From Candidatus Bathyarchaeota archaeon (GTDB lineage: Archaea; Thermoproteota; Bathyarchaeia; Bathyarchaeales; Bathycorpusculaceae), in assembly GCA_026014485.1 (NCBI GenBank), contig JAOZIE010000008.1:160716-224715 (forward strand): DNA of 64,000 nt, written 5' to 3'. Position numbers and translations under genes: made by a program. Below the pieces are notes generated by a model. That model had not been told where the DNA came from, made no database searches, and worked only from the letters and a program-made list of their open reading frames with translations. This document shows, piece by piece, positions 30,401 to 38,374 of this stretch. Position 1 is the stretch's first letter. Each line of letters starts with the position of its first letter.

Positions 30401-30946
30401 GTGAAAACCACGAAAACAGCTTTAATCCTTTATTCTTCAAATACGGGTAACACCGAAAAAGTAGCTCAAGCCATACGTTCCGGGCTAGAAGACGCAGGCG
30501 TCCAAGTAACCTTCAAGAAACCTGAAGCAGCTGCAGATGTTGATTACTTCAACTTTGACCTTGTGTGTGTTGGGTCACCCGCGATACAGTGGCATCCTAC
30601 CAAGCAGATGGATGACTTCCTCAAAAGCAAGATGAATGAGTACCGCAAGCAAGGTAAAATCAAGCCGTGTGCTCCAAAAGTTGCAGGCAAAAACTTGCTT
30701 GTCTTCGTGACCTACACTGGCCCTCACACGGGACTGGACGAGGCGACACCCGCTGGCAAGTACATGGCGCAGTTTTTTGCACATGTTGGCTTCAACATCA
30801 TTGATGAATGGTACATTCTGGGCGAGTTCCATGGCAACGAGGCAAACAGCACCCAAGGCAGAATGGGTGATGTCAGGGGAAAACCCACTGCTGAAGAACT
30901 GCAGAAAATCAAGGAAGGCGCCAAGGCTTTAGCCTCCACCCTCTAA
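30401..30946 (+). CDS. Flavodoxin-like protein
   Basis: YSSNTGNTEKVA FMN-binding loop, VGSP. Confidence 0.85.
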   Translation: MKTTKTALILYSSNTGNTEKVAQAIRSGLEDAGVQVTFKKPEAAADVDYFNFDLVCVGSPAIQWHPTKQMDDFLKSKMNEYRKQGKIKPCAPKVAGKNLLVFVTYTGPHTGLDEATPAGKYMAQFFAHVGFNIIDEWYILGEFHGNEANSTQGRMGDVRGKPTAEELQKIKEGAKALASTL

Positions 30947-30951
30947 TTTTT

Positions 30952-32268
30952 TTATTCCATCGTATTTAGAAAAACTGGTTCATCCTGCTTTTCTCTATCG
31001 ATAACTAGTCTGCCGTTAGCTATCACTTTGTCAACCAAGTTGACGCCGAAATTGTAGCCTAAATGCTTGTGGTTAGGCACATTCAAGATAGCAATGTCCG
31101 CTCGTTTGCCCACTTCTAAACTTCCTACCTCGCCTGCACGGCAAATTGCATGTGCCGCGTTTATGGTTGCGGCTGTTATGGCTTCGGCGGGCGTCATGCG
31201 CATGAAGTGGCAAGCCATAGCGATGACGAGTTGCTGGTTCAGGACCCAGTTGCCCGCGTTGAAGTCTGTTCCTAACGCCACTGGAACCCCGCTGTTAATC
31301 ATCATCCGCGCGTCAGGATAATGGTTCATCATTAAACTGAACGTTGCCGCGGGAAGCAGAACTGCCACGACTCCTTTTTTCGCCATAGCCTTCAAACCTT
31401 CCGCAGAGGCATAATTCAGATGGTCCGCTGAAACTGCACCTATGTCAGCAGCAATTTCTGCTCCGCCTAGAAGGCTCATGTGGTCCGCGTGTATTTTAGG
31501 CTTCAAACCCACGCTTTTGCCCTTCACAAGTATGCGTTTGGCTTGTTCCATGCTGAAGAAGCCTCTTTCGCAGAAAACATCGCAGAACTCCGCCATTCCT
31601 GACGCAGCCGCTTTCGGAAGGGTCTCTTCTATGAGTTGATCAACGTATTCGTCAATGTTGTTCTTGAATTCGTAGGGCACCGCGTAGGCTCCCATGAAGG
31701 TAGATGCCATGTACATGCAGTGAAGCCGATTGATGCGCCGCGTAACCTGCAGTAGTTTTATTTCATCTTCAGTGGTTAAGCCGTAGCCACTTTTCGCCTC
31801 CACCGTTGTGGTTCCGTGGGCAAGCATGATATCCAGCCTTTCCAAGGCGCGTTCAACCAGCTTCTCAGCTTTGGTTCTCTGCGTCTCCCTAGCCGTCTTC
31901 AGAACAGCATTACCGCTGTTTAGAATCTCCATAAAAGACGCGCCCTCAACATACCTCTCAAATTCGTCTTCGCGTGAACCAGCAAAAACCAGATGCGTGT
32001 GTGGGTCTACAAAGCCGGGAAGAACAGTTTTCCGTTTAGCATTCAAAACGCTTCGGCCACGGAAGGCTTTGGTGATTTCGCGGGTTTTGCCAACCGCTAC
32101 TATCCTGCCCTCATGCACAGCTATAGCTCCGTCGCGGATGATTCCGAGTTCCCGCATCTGTTTGCCTGTGCGTGGTGTTTGGCTTCCGCCGGCTAACGTC
32201 AGCGTTTCTTCGGCGTTTACGATGAGGATGTCAACGATTTCCCGTTTTTTGCTCCGTTGAGGCTTCAT
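30952..32268 (-). CDS. hutI: Imidazolonepropionase-like amidohydrolase with atypical active-site residues
   Basis: PGFVDPHTHLVFAGSR, GTTTVEAKSGYGL, DVFCE, SADHL, GTDFN. Confidence 0.75.
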   Translation of the reverse strand: MKPQRSKKREIVDILIVNAEETLTLAGGSQTPRTGKQMRELGIIRDGAIAVHEGRIVAVGKTREITKAFRGRSVLNAKRKTVLPGFVDPHTHLVFAGSREDEFERYVEGASFMEILNSGNAVLKTARETQRTKAEKLVERALERLDIMLAHGTTTVEAKSGYGLTTEDEIKLLQVTRRINRLHCMYMASTFMGAYAVPYEFKNNIDEYVDQLIEETLPKAAASGMAEFCDVFCERGFFSMEQAKRILVKGKSVGLKPKIHADHMSLLGGAEIAADIGAVSADHLNYASAEGLKAMAKKGVVAVLLPAATFSLMMNHYPDARMMINSGVPVALGTDFNAGNWVLNQQLVIAMACHFMRMTPAEAITAATINAAHAICRAGEVGSLEVGKRADIAILNVPNHKHLGYNFGVNLVDKVIANGRLVIDREKQDEPVFLNTME

Positions 32269-32518
32269 ATCCTTTGGCCTCTTGGCTTGAGCTGCTGAAT
32301 TGTCACTGTTGTTTTTTGGCGGTTCGGAGCCGCCGTGGTAGTTGATTGGCTATCTATAACCGTAGATTGGCGGATGCATGCTTCCGAAAACATAAAGTAT
32401 GCTTTGCTTTCTACTTGGTAATATACGTTACCCAAAGATGCGGCAACGGTAACAAGAAAAACTAAAAGCCAACGTTTAACCATACATTTTCCAACAGCCT
32501 CGGCTGGCGGCGCAGAAA

Positions 32519-33124
32519 ATGGTGACACAAAAAATTCTCTATGAAGCCCCAAACTGGAACCAGATATTTAGCATGCTGCTTGAGCTAAGCCATCGTGTGT
32601 GCAGCAGCGGCTTCAAACCCGACGTCATCGTTGGCGTCTGCAGAGGCGGCTGGATTCCCGCACGTATCCTTTCGGACCTGATGGAGAACGTAAACCTTAC
32701 AAGCGTCAAAGTTGAATACTATTTGGGAATTGGTCAGGCGCGTAGCCGCCCAGTTTTGACACAGCAACTCTCAGCGGACATCTCGGGCAAAAAGGTGCTT
32801 GTCGTCGACGAAGTGGCGGATTCTGGGGCAAGCCTGACGCTTGTCACTGCTCACGTGCTGGAGCAAGGCGCCCAAGAGTTGAAGACAGCCACACTCTACT
32901 GCAAACCCAAATGCTCCTTCAAACCCGACTACTGTGCCAAAACAACCGACAGTTGGGTGGTTTTCCCTTGGGAAATTAAAGAAACCCTCCGCGAAATTTT
33001 GGAGGCAAACAAAGCTGACCCCGCACAAACAAAAAGAGAACTAGCGCGGCTCTCCGAGGCTGGTGTGCCGCAAGGTTTGATAGCGGGGTTCCTCAAAGAG
33101 TTTTCCGAGTTGAGCACATGCTGA
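32519..33124 (+). CDS. Purine (hypoxanthine/guanine/xanthine) phosphoribosyltransferase family
   Basis: RGGWIPARILSD, VLVVDEVADSG, WVVFPWE. Confidence 0.85.
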   Translation: MVTQKILYEAPNWNQIFSMLLELSHRVCSSGFKPDVIVGVCRGGWIPARILSDLMENVNLTSVKVEYYLGIGQARSRPVLTQQLSADISGKKVLVVDEVADSGASLTLVTAHVLEQGAQELKTATLYCKPKCSFKPDYCAKTTDSWVVFPWEIKETLREILEANKADPAQTKRELARLSEAGVPQGLIAGFLKEFSELSTC

Positions 33125-33684
33125 AGGCTTTGGAGGAATACGGGAAATTCGTGGAAATTTGCGGATTCAGAAAACCCCAAATTAATGATGCTAAAGCCTT
33201 CTTGGATACGTTAAGCAAAGACTTGCCCGCAGGCGTTGAGGTTCAGTTGTTCAACGCTGATTTAGTGGCGACTTGGCAGCACCTGTACTTTGCCGCCCTA
33301 AATGCCCTTGTAGCTTTCAAAACCAACCGTAGCCTATCAAAAAGCCTCGCCGTTGAATCGGCGCTTTATGCTTCGGCGCAGCGGCAAATCAAGAAAGCCA
33401 TCGAATTAATCGGTATAAAACCTGAAACAGAAAACGTAGCGGTTATGGTGATGGGTTCCGATGCGTTTTCGGTGGAAACGGGCTTTTTAGCGGTTGCAAA
33501 ACGCATGGGCGTGGAACCCGACGAGGCGGTGCTGGAGCTTTCAGAAGCCAAAACGCAGAAAATCCGAAGCGCCTTTGACGTTTCTGATGTGGAACTCGCG
33601 ACGGTTTCTTCCCGTAGCGACGTCAGGCAGACGCTGGTGGACCTAGTCGTTGAAAGAGTCGCTTTGCTCTCTACCCAGCTCTGA
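33118..33684 (+). CDS. cgi121: KEOPS complex subunit Cgi121
   Basis: QLFNAD, HLYFA, LYASAQRQIKKAI..G, ERVALL C-terminus. Confidence 0.88.
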   Translation: MLKALEEYGKFVEICGFRKPQINDAKAFLDTLSKDLPAGVEVQLFNADLVATWQHLYFAALNALVAFKTNRSLSKSLAVESALYASAQRQIKKAIELIGIKPETENVAVMVMGSDAFSVETGFLAVAKRMGVEPDEAVLELSEAKTQKIRSAFDVSDVELATVSSRSDVRQTLVDLVVERVALLSTQL

Positions 33685-33687
33685 GGC

Positions 33688-34212
33688 TTAGAGCATTTTC
33701 TCTTTTTGCACGCTTATGATGTCTTGAGGTTTCAGCAGTGACACCCCTGTGAATCCGCCGAGCACCTCAATGAGCAAAACTTTGTCGGGTTTTTCAAGTT
33801 CCACCTTGTTTTTCACGTTTGCAGCGACAGCTTCGATGAGGTCGCGGCTGTGGATGTTGGTGAATCGTTTCTCCACGGTCACGCGGAACGTTTCTGTTTC
33901 TTCTAGACCCGTGATGAGTTCGGTTGCTGCGTTTTTTATCTCTTCAAGTTCTGTGTGGACGACTTTTTCGATGGGGATTATTCTGAGTGCGTAGCGGAAT
34001 TCGAAGGGGCGCTCCTGCAGCAGGCTGTGGAGTTTCTCGACTGCTTCCACGGGGGTCAACGCGGTTTTTGCGACGACTAAGCCACGTATGCCTGTCTTGT
34101 CCACTTTAGGTTCCGCATCGCCTGCCTCTTTAAGCAGGAAAGAAAGCTCATAGCACATCTGGCGTTCATTTCCACGCATCGTTGACGCTAACACGTTAAA
34201 GTCCGACAGCAC
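33688..34212 (-). CDS. THUMP-domain RNA-binding protein
   Basis: RIIPIE, TFRVTVEKR, VELEKPD..LIEVLG. Confidence 0.85.
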   Translation of the reverse strand: MLSDFNVLASTMRGNERQMCYELSFLLKEAGDAEPKVDKTGIRGLVVAKTALTPVEAVEKLHSLLQERPFEFRYALRIIPIEKVVHTELEEIKNAATELITGLEETETFRVTVEKRFTNIHSRDLIEAVAANVKNKVELEKPDKVLLIEVLGGFTGVSLLKPQDIISVQKEKML

Positions 34213-34337
34213 CTTACTGTAACTCCGCTTAGCATTTGGTGCAGCGAAGCTTATTTCTGTTTGTTTCTATCCCCGAGAGGGATTCTGTAGCTGCTTTTGC
34301 GTTGGCGCTGAAATTTTTTCTGCCGTAGTTTAGTCAA

Positions 34338-34366
34338 TTTTTCTTGTCAAAGTTTTTCTTGTCAAA
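34338..34366 (+). repeat. Perfect 14-bp tandem direct repeat TTTTTCTTGTCAAA just upstream of a TATA-like box
   Basis: Copies at 34338-34351 and 34353-34366, followed by CCTATTAA. Confidence 0.7.
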
Positions 34367-34412
34367 AACACCTATTAACCCTGTGCGGGGCGTTATTTTT
34401 GAGGAATGAATT

Positions 34413-36617
34413 ATGCTGAAGCGTACAGCAACGTTCTTCGCGTTTTTGCTGATTTTGTCCACTTTGGCGGCAGTTGTGCTGCCAGCTAACTTTGCTTATT
34501 CAACCGTGGAGACCTCCAGTTCAGAGCCGACTGGTTCTGGACCTGTTATTCATTCAGTTAGCCCAATTTCAGCCGTCCGCCTGCAGATTATACGTATCGA
34601 AGGTGTTGGATTCGGGAACACCCAACCTGTGACCATGAGCCTCGGAGATGGCTCCATCAACACGGTTGGCGGTGGCAGAAACCTGCCTGGCAGTGCTGGG
34701 ACTCCTGTCATTCAGGTGCATGACGAGGATAGGAACGCTTGGCAGGCTGGCGTTCAGGATTCGCCTGGTTCCGCGTGGTGTTCAATTGGGATTTTTTTGG
34801 TGAGTTGGTCAGATACTGAGATAGTGCTGGGCGGCTTCGGTTCAGCTCTTAGCACTTCAGGTTACGGACAATGGAGCATCATGCCTGGAGACCCGATGCG
34901 GATTGTAGTTATCACGTCTCAAGGTACAGCGACATACAATACCGTGGTCAATTCAGATGGCGGTGCCCCATCAACTCAACCGACGCCGACGCCAACGCCA
35001 ACTCGAACGCCTCCCACAATTTCCGCAGTTAGCCCGATTGCCCCTGTTCGCCTGCAGACTATCTACATTAACGGTAGCGGCTTTGGGGATGTGCCGCCTC
35101 AAACAATAGAGTTGGGCAACGGCTCCGTGGACACCATCGACGGCTTAGCTACGCCAGTTATTCAAATCCGCGATAATGCTATGTGGGGCGGCTGGACGGC
35201 AGGCTACGCCAGTGCAAGCGACATAAACGGCATTGGGATATTCCTTCAAAGCTGGTCAGATAACCTTGTAGTGCTGGGCGGTTTTGGGTCGCGGCTTGGT
35301 ACTAACGGCGAAATATCTTGGTGCATAATGTCTGGTGACCCAATCGATATATTGGTGAAAACTACAGAGGGCGTCGCCTTTTTTAGCACTGCAGTTACTG
35401 GTTCACCAGCGAGGGTAAATCAAACTTTCAGCGGTCCAGCACCCGTAATTTCTTCGGTTAGCCCAATTGTTGCTTCACAAACGCAGACCATACACATCTT
35501 CGGTAGCGGCTTTGGGGATGTGCCGCCCCGCATTGAAAGCCTTGGCGACGGCTCCGTAAATACTGTGGGCGGAGGAAGCACCCCTATAATTCAAATCCAC
35601 GATGATGGGTGGAAAGGCTGGCAGGCAGGCGTCCGAGATTCTCCACAGTCAGGCGCCTGTGCCATAGGGGTAGTTCTCACGAAATGGTCTGACACTGAAA
35701 TTGTTTTAGGCGGATTCGGCTCAGCGCTTTCACTCACTGAGCAGGGTCTCTGGAACATAATGGTGGGTGACCCGATGCGAATTGTCATTTGGACATCAGG
35801 TGGGATAGCAACCTACAATACAACAGTGGTATCCGACGGCGAACCCCAACCTAAACCTACCCCGACTCCAACGGCTCCCCCTGCTCCTCCCGTGCCCACC
35901 GTGGACATATCCTGCCAAAGCTCCACAACCGACTCAACCTCCAAAGTAACAATCGCGGGGAACGTAACCTATAATGGAACAGGCTTGCAGGGGCTTCCAG
36001 TTATGCTTTCCTACAGCGTCAACGGCGGCAACTCATGGAGCGACTTGACCCTGGTAAACACCGACAGCAACGGCGGCTTCATCGCGGTTTGGACGCCTCT
36101 CGTGACAGGCAACTTCTTAATCAAAGCTATCTGGGCAGGCAACTCCACGTATGGCCGAACAGCCGCGCAGGTGAATCTGGTGGTGACGCCTTTGGGAAGG
36201 CAAAGCGTTTTCTCAATAACGTCAAACTCCACCGTTTCAGTGTTCCAGTTTGACGCAGCAGCCCAAGAGATAACCTTAACCGTCAGCGGCGAAACGGGCA
36301 CCACGGGATTCATTGATTTATGCATCGCCAAATCGCTCGTAGCTGATGTCTCCGATTTCAAAGTGTACCTTGACGGTAACCCGCAAACCTGCAATTATAC
36401 GTCTCAGGGAGATTCGTGGCTGCTCTCGTTTAGCTACCACCACAGCACCCACCAAGTAACCATCAACATAGACACAACCGAGGCGGACTATGCTCAAAGT
36501 CAGGAAGCGAACTGGGTTTCTATTGTGGGCGTAGCCGCAGCTTTTGCAGCCGCGTTGTTTGCATTGTTAGCTGTTTTGGCTTTGCTGAGAAAAAGAAAAC
36601 CTGCGGTCACCGCGTAA
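34413..36617 (+). CDS. Secreted surface protein with three tandem IPT/TIG-like repeats, an Ig-like domain and a membrane anchor
   Basis: Three copies of P.I..VSPI....QTI.I.G.GFG...WSD..IVLGGFGS...GDP; PT linkers; C-terminal TM plus RKRK. Confidence 0.82.
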   Translation: MLKRTATFFAFLLILSTLAAVVLPANFAYSTVETSSSEPTGSGPVIHSVSPISAVRLQIIRIEGVGFGNTQPVTMSLGDGSINTVGGGRNLPGSAGTPVIQVHDEDRNAWQAGVQDSPGSAWCSIGIFLVSWSDTEIVLGGFGSALSTSGYGQWSIMPGDPMRIVVITSQGTATYNTVVNSDGGAPSTQPTPTPTPTRTPPTISAVSPIAPVRLQTIYINGSGFGDVPPQTIELGNGSVDTIDGLATPVIQIRDNAMWGGWTAGYASASDINGIGIFLQSWSDNLVVLGGFGSRLGTNGEISWCIMSGDPIDILVKTTEGVAFFSTAVTGSPARVNQTFSGPAPVISSVSPIVASQTQTIHIFGSGFGDVPPRIESLGDGSVNTVGGGSTPIIQIHDDGWKGWQAGVRDSPQSGACAIGVVLTKWSDTEIVLGGFGSALSLTEQGLWNIMVGDPMRIVIWTSGGIATYNTTVVSDGEPQPKPTPTPTAPPAPPVPTVDISCQSSTTDSTSKVTIAGNVTYNGTGLQGLPVMLSYSVNGGNSWSDLTLVNTDSNGGFIAVWTPLVTGNFLIKAIWAGNSTYGRTAAQVNLVVTPLGRQSVFSITSNSTVSVFQFDAAAQEITLTVSGETGTTGFIDLCIAKSLVADVSDFKVYLDGNPQTCNYTSQGDSWLLSFSYHHSTHQVTINIDTTEADYAQSQEANWVSIVGVAAAFAAALFALLAVLALLRKRKPAVTA

Positions 36618-36722
36618 CACTTATTTCACAAGCTATTGACTTGACGCCCCAGAGAGGTCTCTCCTCCTCTTCTGCTGCAATGATTGGCTAATAGGCTCCA
36701 AATATGACCGTGCCTTCCCCTT

Positions 36723-36793
36723 GGGTCAGTTTTGGTTTGGCTTATTTCACTGCTCCCTTTCGGGGCTCCTAGCCGTCGCCTCACATCATCCCC
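36723..36793 (-). ncRNA. Candidate C/D-box-like small RNA
   Basis: GGGG-ATGATG...CTGA-CCC termini, inner CCC-GAAA-GGG hairpin, TATA-like GGATAAAT about 25 nt upstream; no clear C'/D' boxes. Confidence 0.3.
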
Positions 36794-36992
36794 ACCTGAA
36801 AATCGTTGTACAGGGGATTTATCCATTTTGCTTGGGGCACTGTGAAATTTTTTTGGAGAAGAACTTGTGCAGAAAAGCCTTTACTCTCCGTGGATGTCTG
36901 CTGGAATCTACGTCAGTTGACGAATAATAATGTTTAAACTGTGGCTGTGCAAGGTAAACTATACCGCCAGAAAACGCGGAGGTGAAAAAGAC

Positions 36993-37064
36993 ATGGTGTT
37001 CATCGAAGAAGACGAAGAATGGGAAGAAGGCGAAGAGGAAGAGTGGGAAGAAGAGGAATGGTAA
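36993..37064 (+). CDS. Acidic Trp-containing microprotein MVFIEEDEEWEEGEEEEWEEEEW (23 aa)
   Basis: Perfect GGAGGTGA SD (36978-36985), ATG, TAA, upstream TTTAAA box; not in the ORF track. Confidence 0.65.
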   Translation: MVFIEEDEEWEEGEEEEWEEEEW

Positions 37065-37212
37065 ACTCCGTAAGTGCACTTTTGTGCCTTAAACGTCTTT
37101 TTTATTACATTAGTCTTAATGGTGCGCCTCCATCTCTGCAGGTAAACATTTTTTTCTGTTTCCAAAAAACTTTTACCCCCTAACGTTCACCTTTTTGTGA
37201 GGTGAAACCAGA

Positions 37213-37362
37213 ATGGGCATGAAACTGACGGTTGACGGCAAAGAAATCCCGCTGAACGACTTTGTCTCCAACTTCGTCCAAGGCACCGTAATCGGGGGCG
37301 TCTCGTCTCTGAAAGGCATAAAGGACAACTGGAAAAAAATCGAAATTGAGGTCACAAAATAA
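37213..37362 (+). CDS. Small protein (49 aa) resembling the archaeal MobB C-terminal domain
   Basis: GAGGTGA SD; MGMKLTVDGKEIPLNDFVSNFVQGTVIGGVSSLKGIKDNWKKIEIEVTK; not in the ORF track. Confidence 0.75.
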   Translation: MGMKLTVDGKEIPLNDFVSNFVQGTVIGGVSSLKGIKDNWKKIEIEVTK

Positions 37363-37375
37363 AAGAAAAGACGGG

Positions 37376-37936
37376 TTAGCTGAAAAACTTGACTTTTGTT
37401 TTTATCTCTGTGAACATTTCCTTTTTTGCCTTGCAGATAGGGCACACGTACGGGGGGTCTTCCCTGAAAACCACGTAGCCGCACTGTTTGCAGTACCACA
37501 GTTTAGGGATCAACTCCACAAGCTCTTCTCTTTCCTCCGCCGCTGGGGGTTCGTTTTCTTTTTTCTGGGCGGGTTTAGGTGTACTTGCGGCTTGGAACGC
37601 CCTTGCCTGTTTCGCTATGGGTCTGCGTTCGGGGACGCTGGGTAACTCCTTTTTGCCTTCGTAGATGTCTTTGTTGACGTAGAGTCTACAGTAGCAGGTG
37701 CCGTATTCGGCTACGTCGGGGTCGCGGTAGTCACAGGGACAAATGATGTCGCGGTCAAAGCTGAACTCGCCTGAAGCCAACCTACACGGGCAAGACGGGT
37801 AGCCGTAGCGGTCTTCGTTGATTTTTAAGCCCTCCATAAGACCCTGCAAAAGCTCCGCGTCGTTAACCAAAAAGTAGCCGAAGGTTTTTGCGTCTGCCTC
37901 CGCCCGCTTCCGAGTCTGCTCTATTGTATGCGTCAA
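37376..37936 (-). CDS. Ferredoxin:thioredoxin(glutaredoxin) reductase catalytic subunit with C-terminal rubredoxin-like domain
   Basis: YGYPSCPCR, ICPCDY, CYCRLY; WYCKQCGY...CPICK. Confidence 0.9.
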   Translation of the reverse strand: MTHTIEQTRKRAEADAKTFGYFLVNDAELLQGLMEGLKINEDRYGYPSCPCRLASGEFSFDRDIICPCDYRDPDVAEYGTCYCRLYVNKDIYEGKKELPSVPERRPIAKQARAFQAASTPKPAQKKENEPPAAEEREELVELIPKLWYCKQCGYVVFREDPPYVCPICKAKKEMFTEIKTKVKFFS

Positions 37937-38217
37937 AGCTCCAGTGCCTCCTTCAAAAGGTCCTTGCGGAAGCCCGTGATTACTTTTTTGTCGTCCACTA
38001 TGGTGGTGGGGTAGCTGAGGCTGCCGCCTTTATCTTGAATGGTCCTGCGGATTTTTTCTTTGTCTTCTTCGGTGCAGAGGTCTACATCCACGTATTCAAA
38101 CTCGACGCTGTTATCTTTGAGGTACTGCTTGGTCATTTTGCACCAGACGCAAGTGCTGAGCGTGTACAGGAAAACCTTATGATTATTGTACTTTCCAGTA
38201 ACTTTAGAAATGTTCAT
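37933..38217 (-). CDS. Glutaredoxin (NrdH-like)
   Basis: LSTCVWC CxxC motif, SYPT, ITGF; coupled to the FTR gene. Confidence 0.9.
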   Translation of the reverse strand: MNISKVTGKYNNHKVFLYTLSTCVWCKMTKQYLKDNSVEFEYVDVDLCTEEDKEKIRRTIQDKGGSLSYPTTIVDDKKVITGFRKDLLKEALEL

Positions 38218-38374
38218 AACCCGCTCACAGTAAAAACCATGCTTTTTGGGGAATATAACTTTTTAGTTAACCCTTTCACGGGTAAAACTGTTTGCAGTTT
38301 ATCTTTTCTTTTCTGGTTTTGAAGGGGTGACTCCCGCTTTGTGAGGCTGTGGAAATAAGTTAATATTTCTTCAT

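Noticed and set aside
32265..32552. ORF and small hairpin upstream of the hutI-like gene as a possible His leader
   Set aside because: No His-codon cluster in a plausible uORF and no competing structures seen
36750..36775. CCC-GAAA-GGG-AGCAG resembling SRP RNA helix 8
   Set aside because: The 5' CAGG side is missing and the flanks cannot form a ~300-nt GC-rich archaeal SRP RNA
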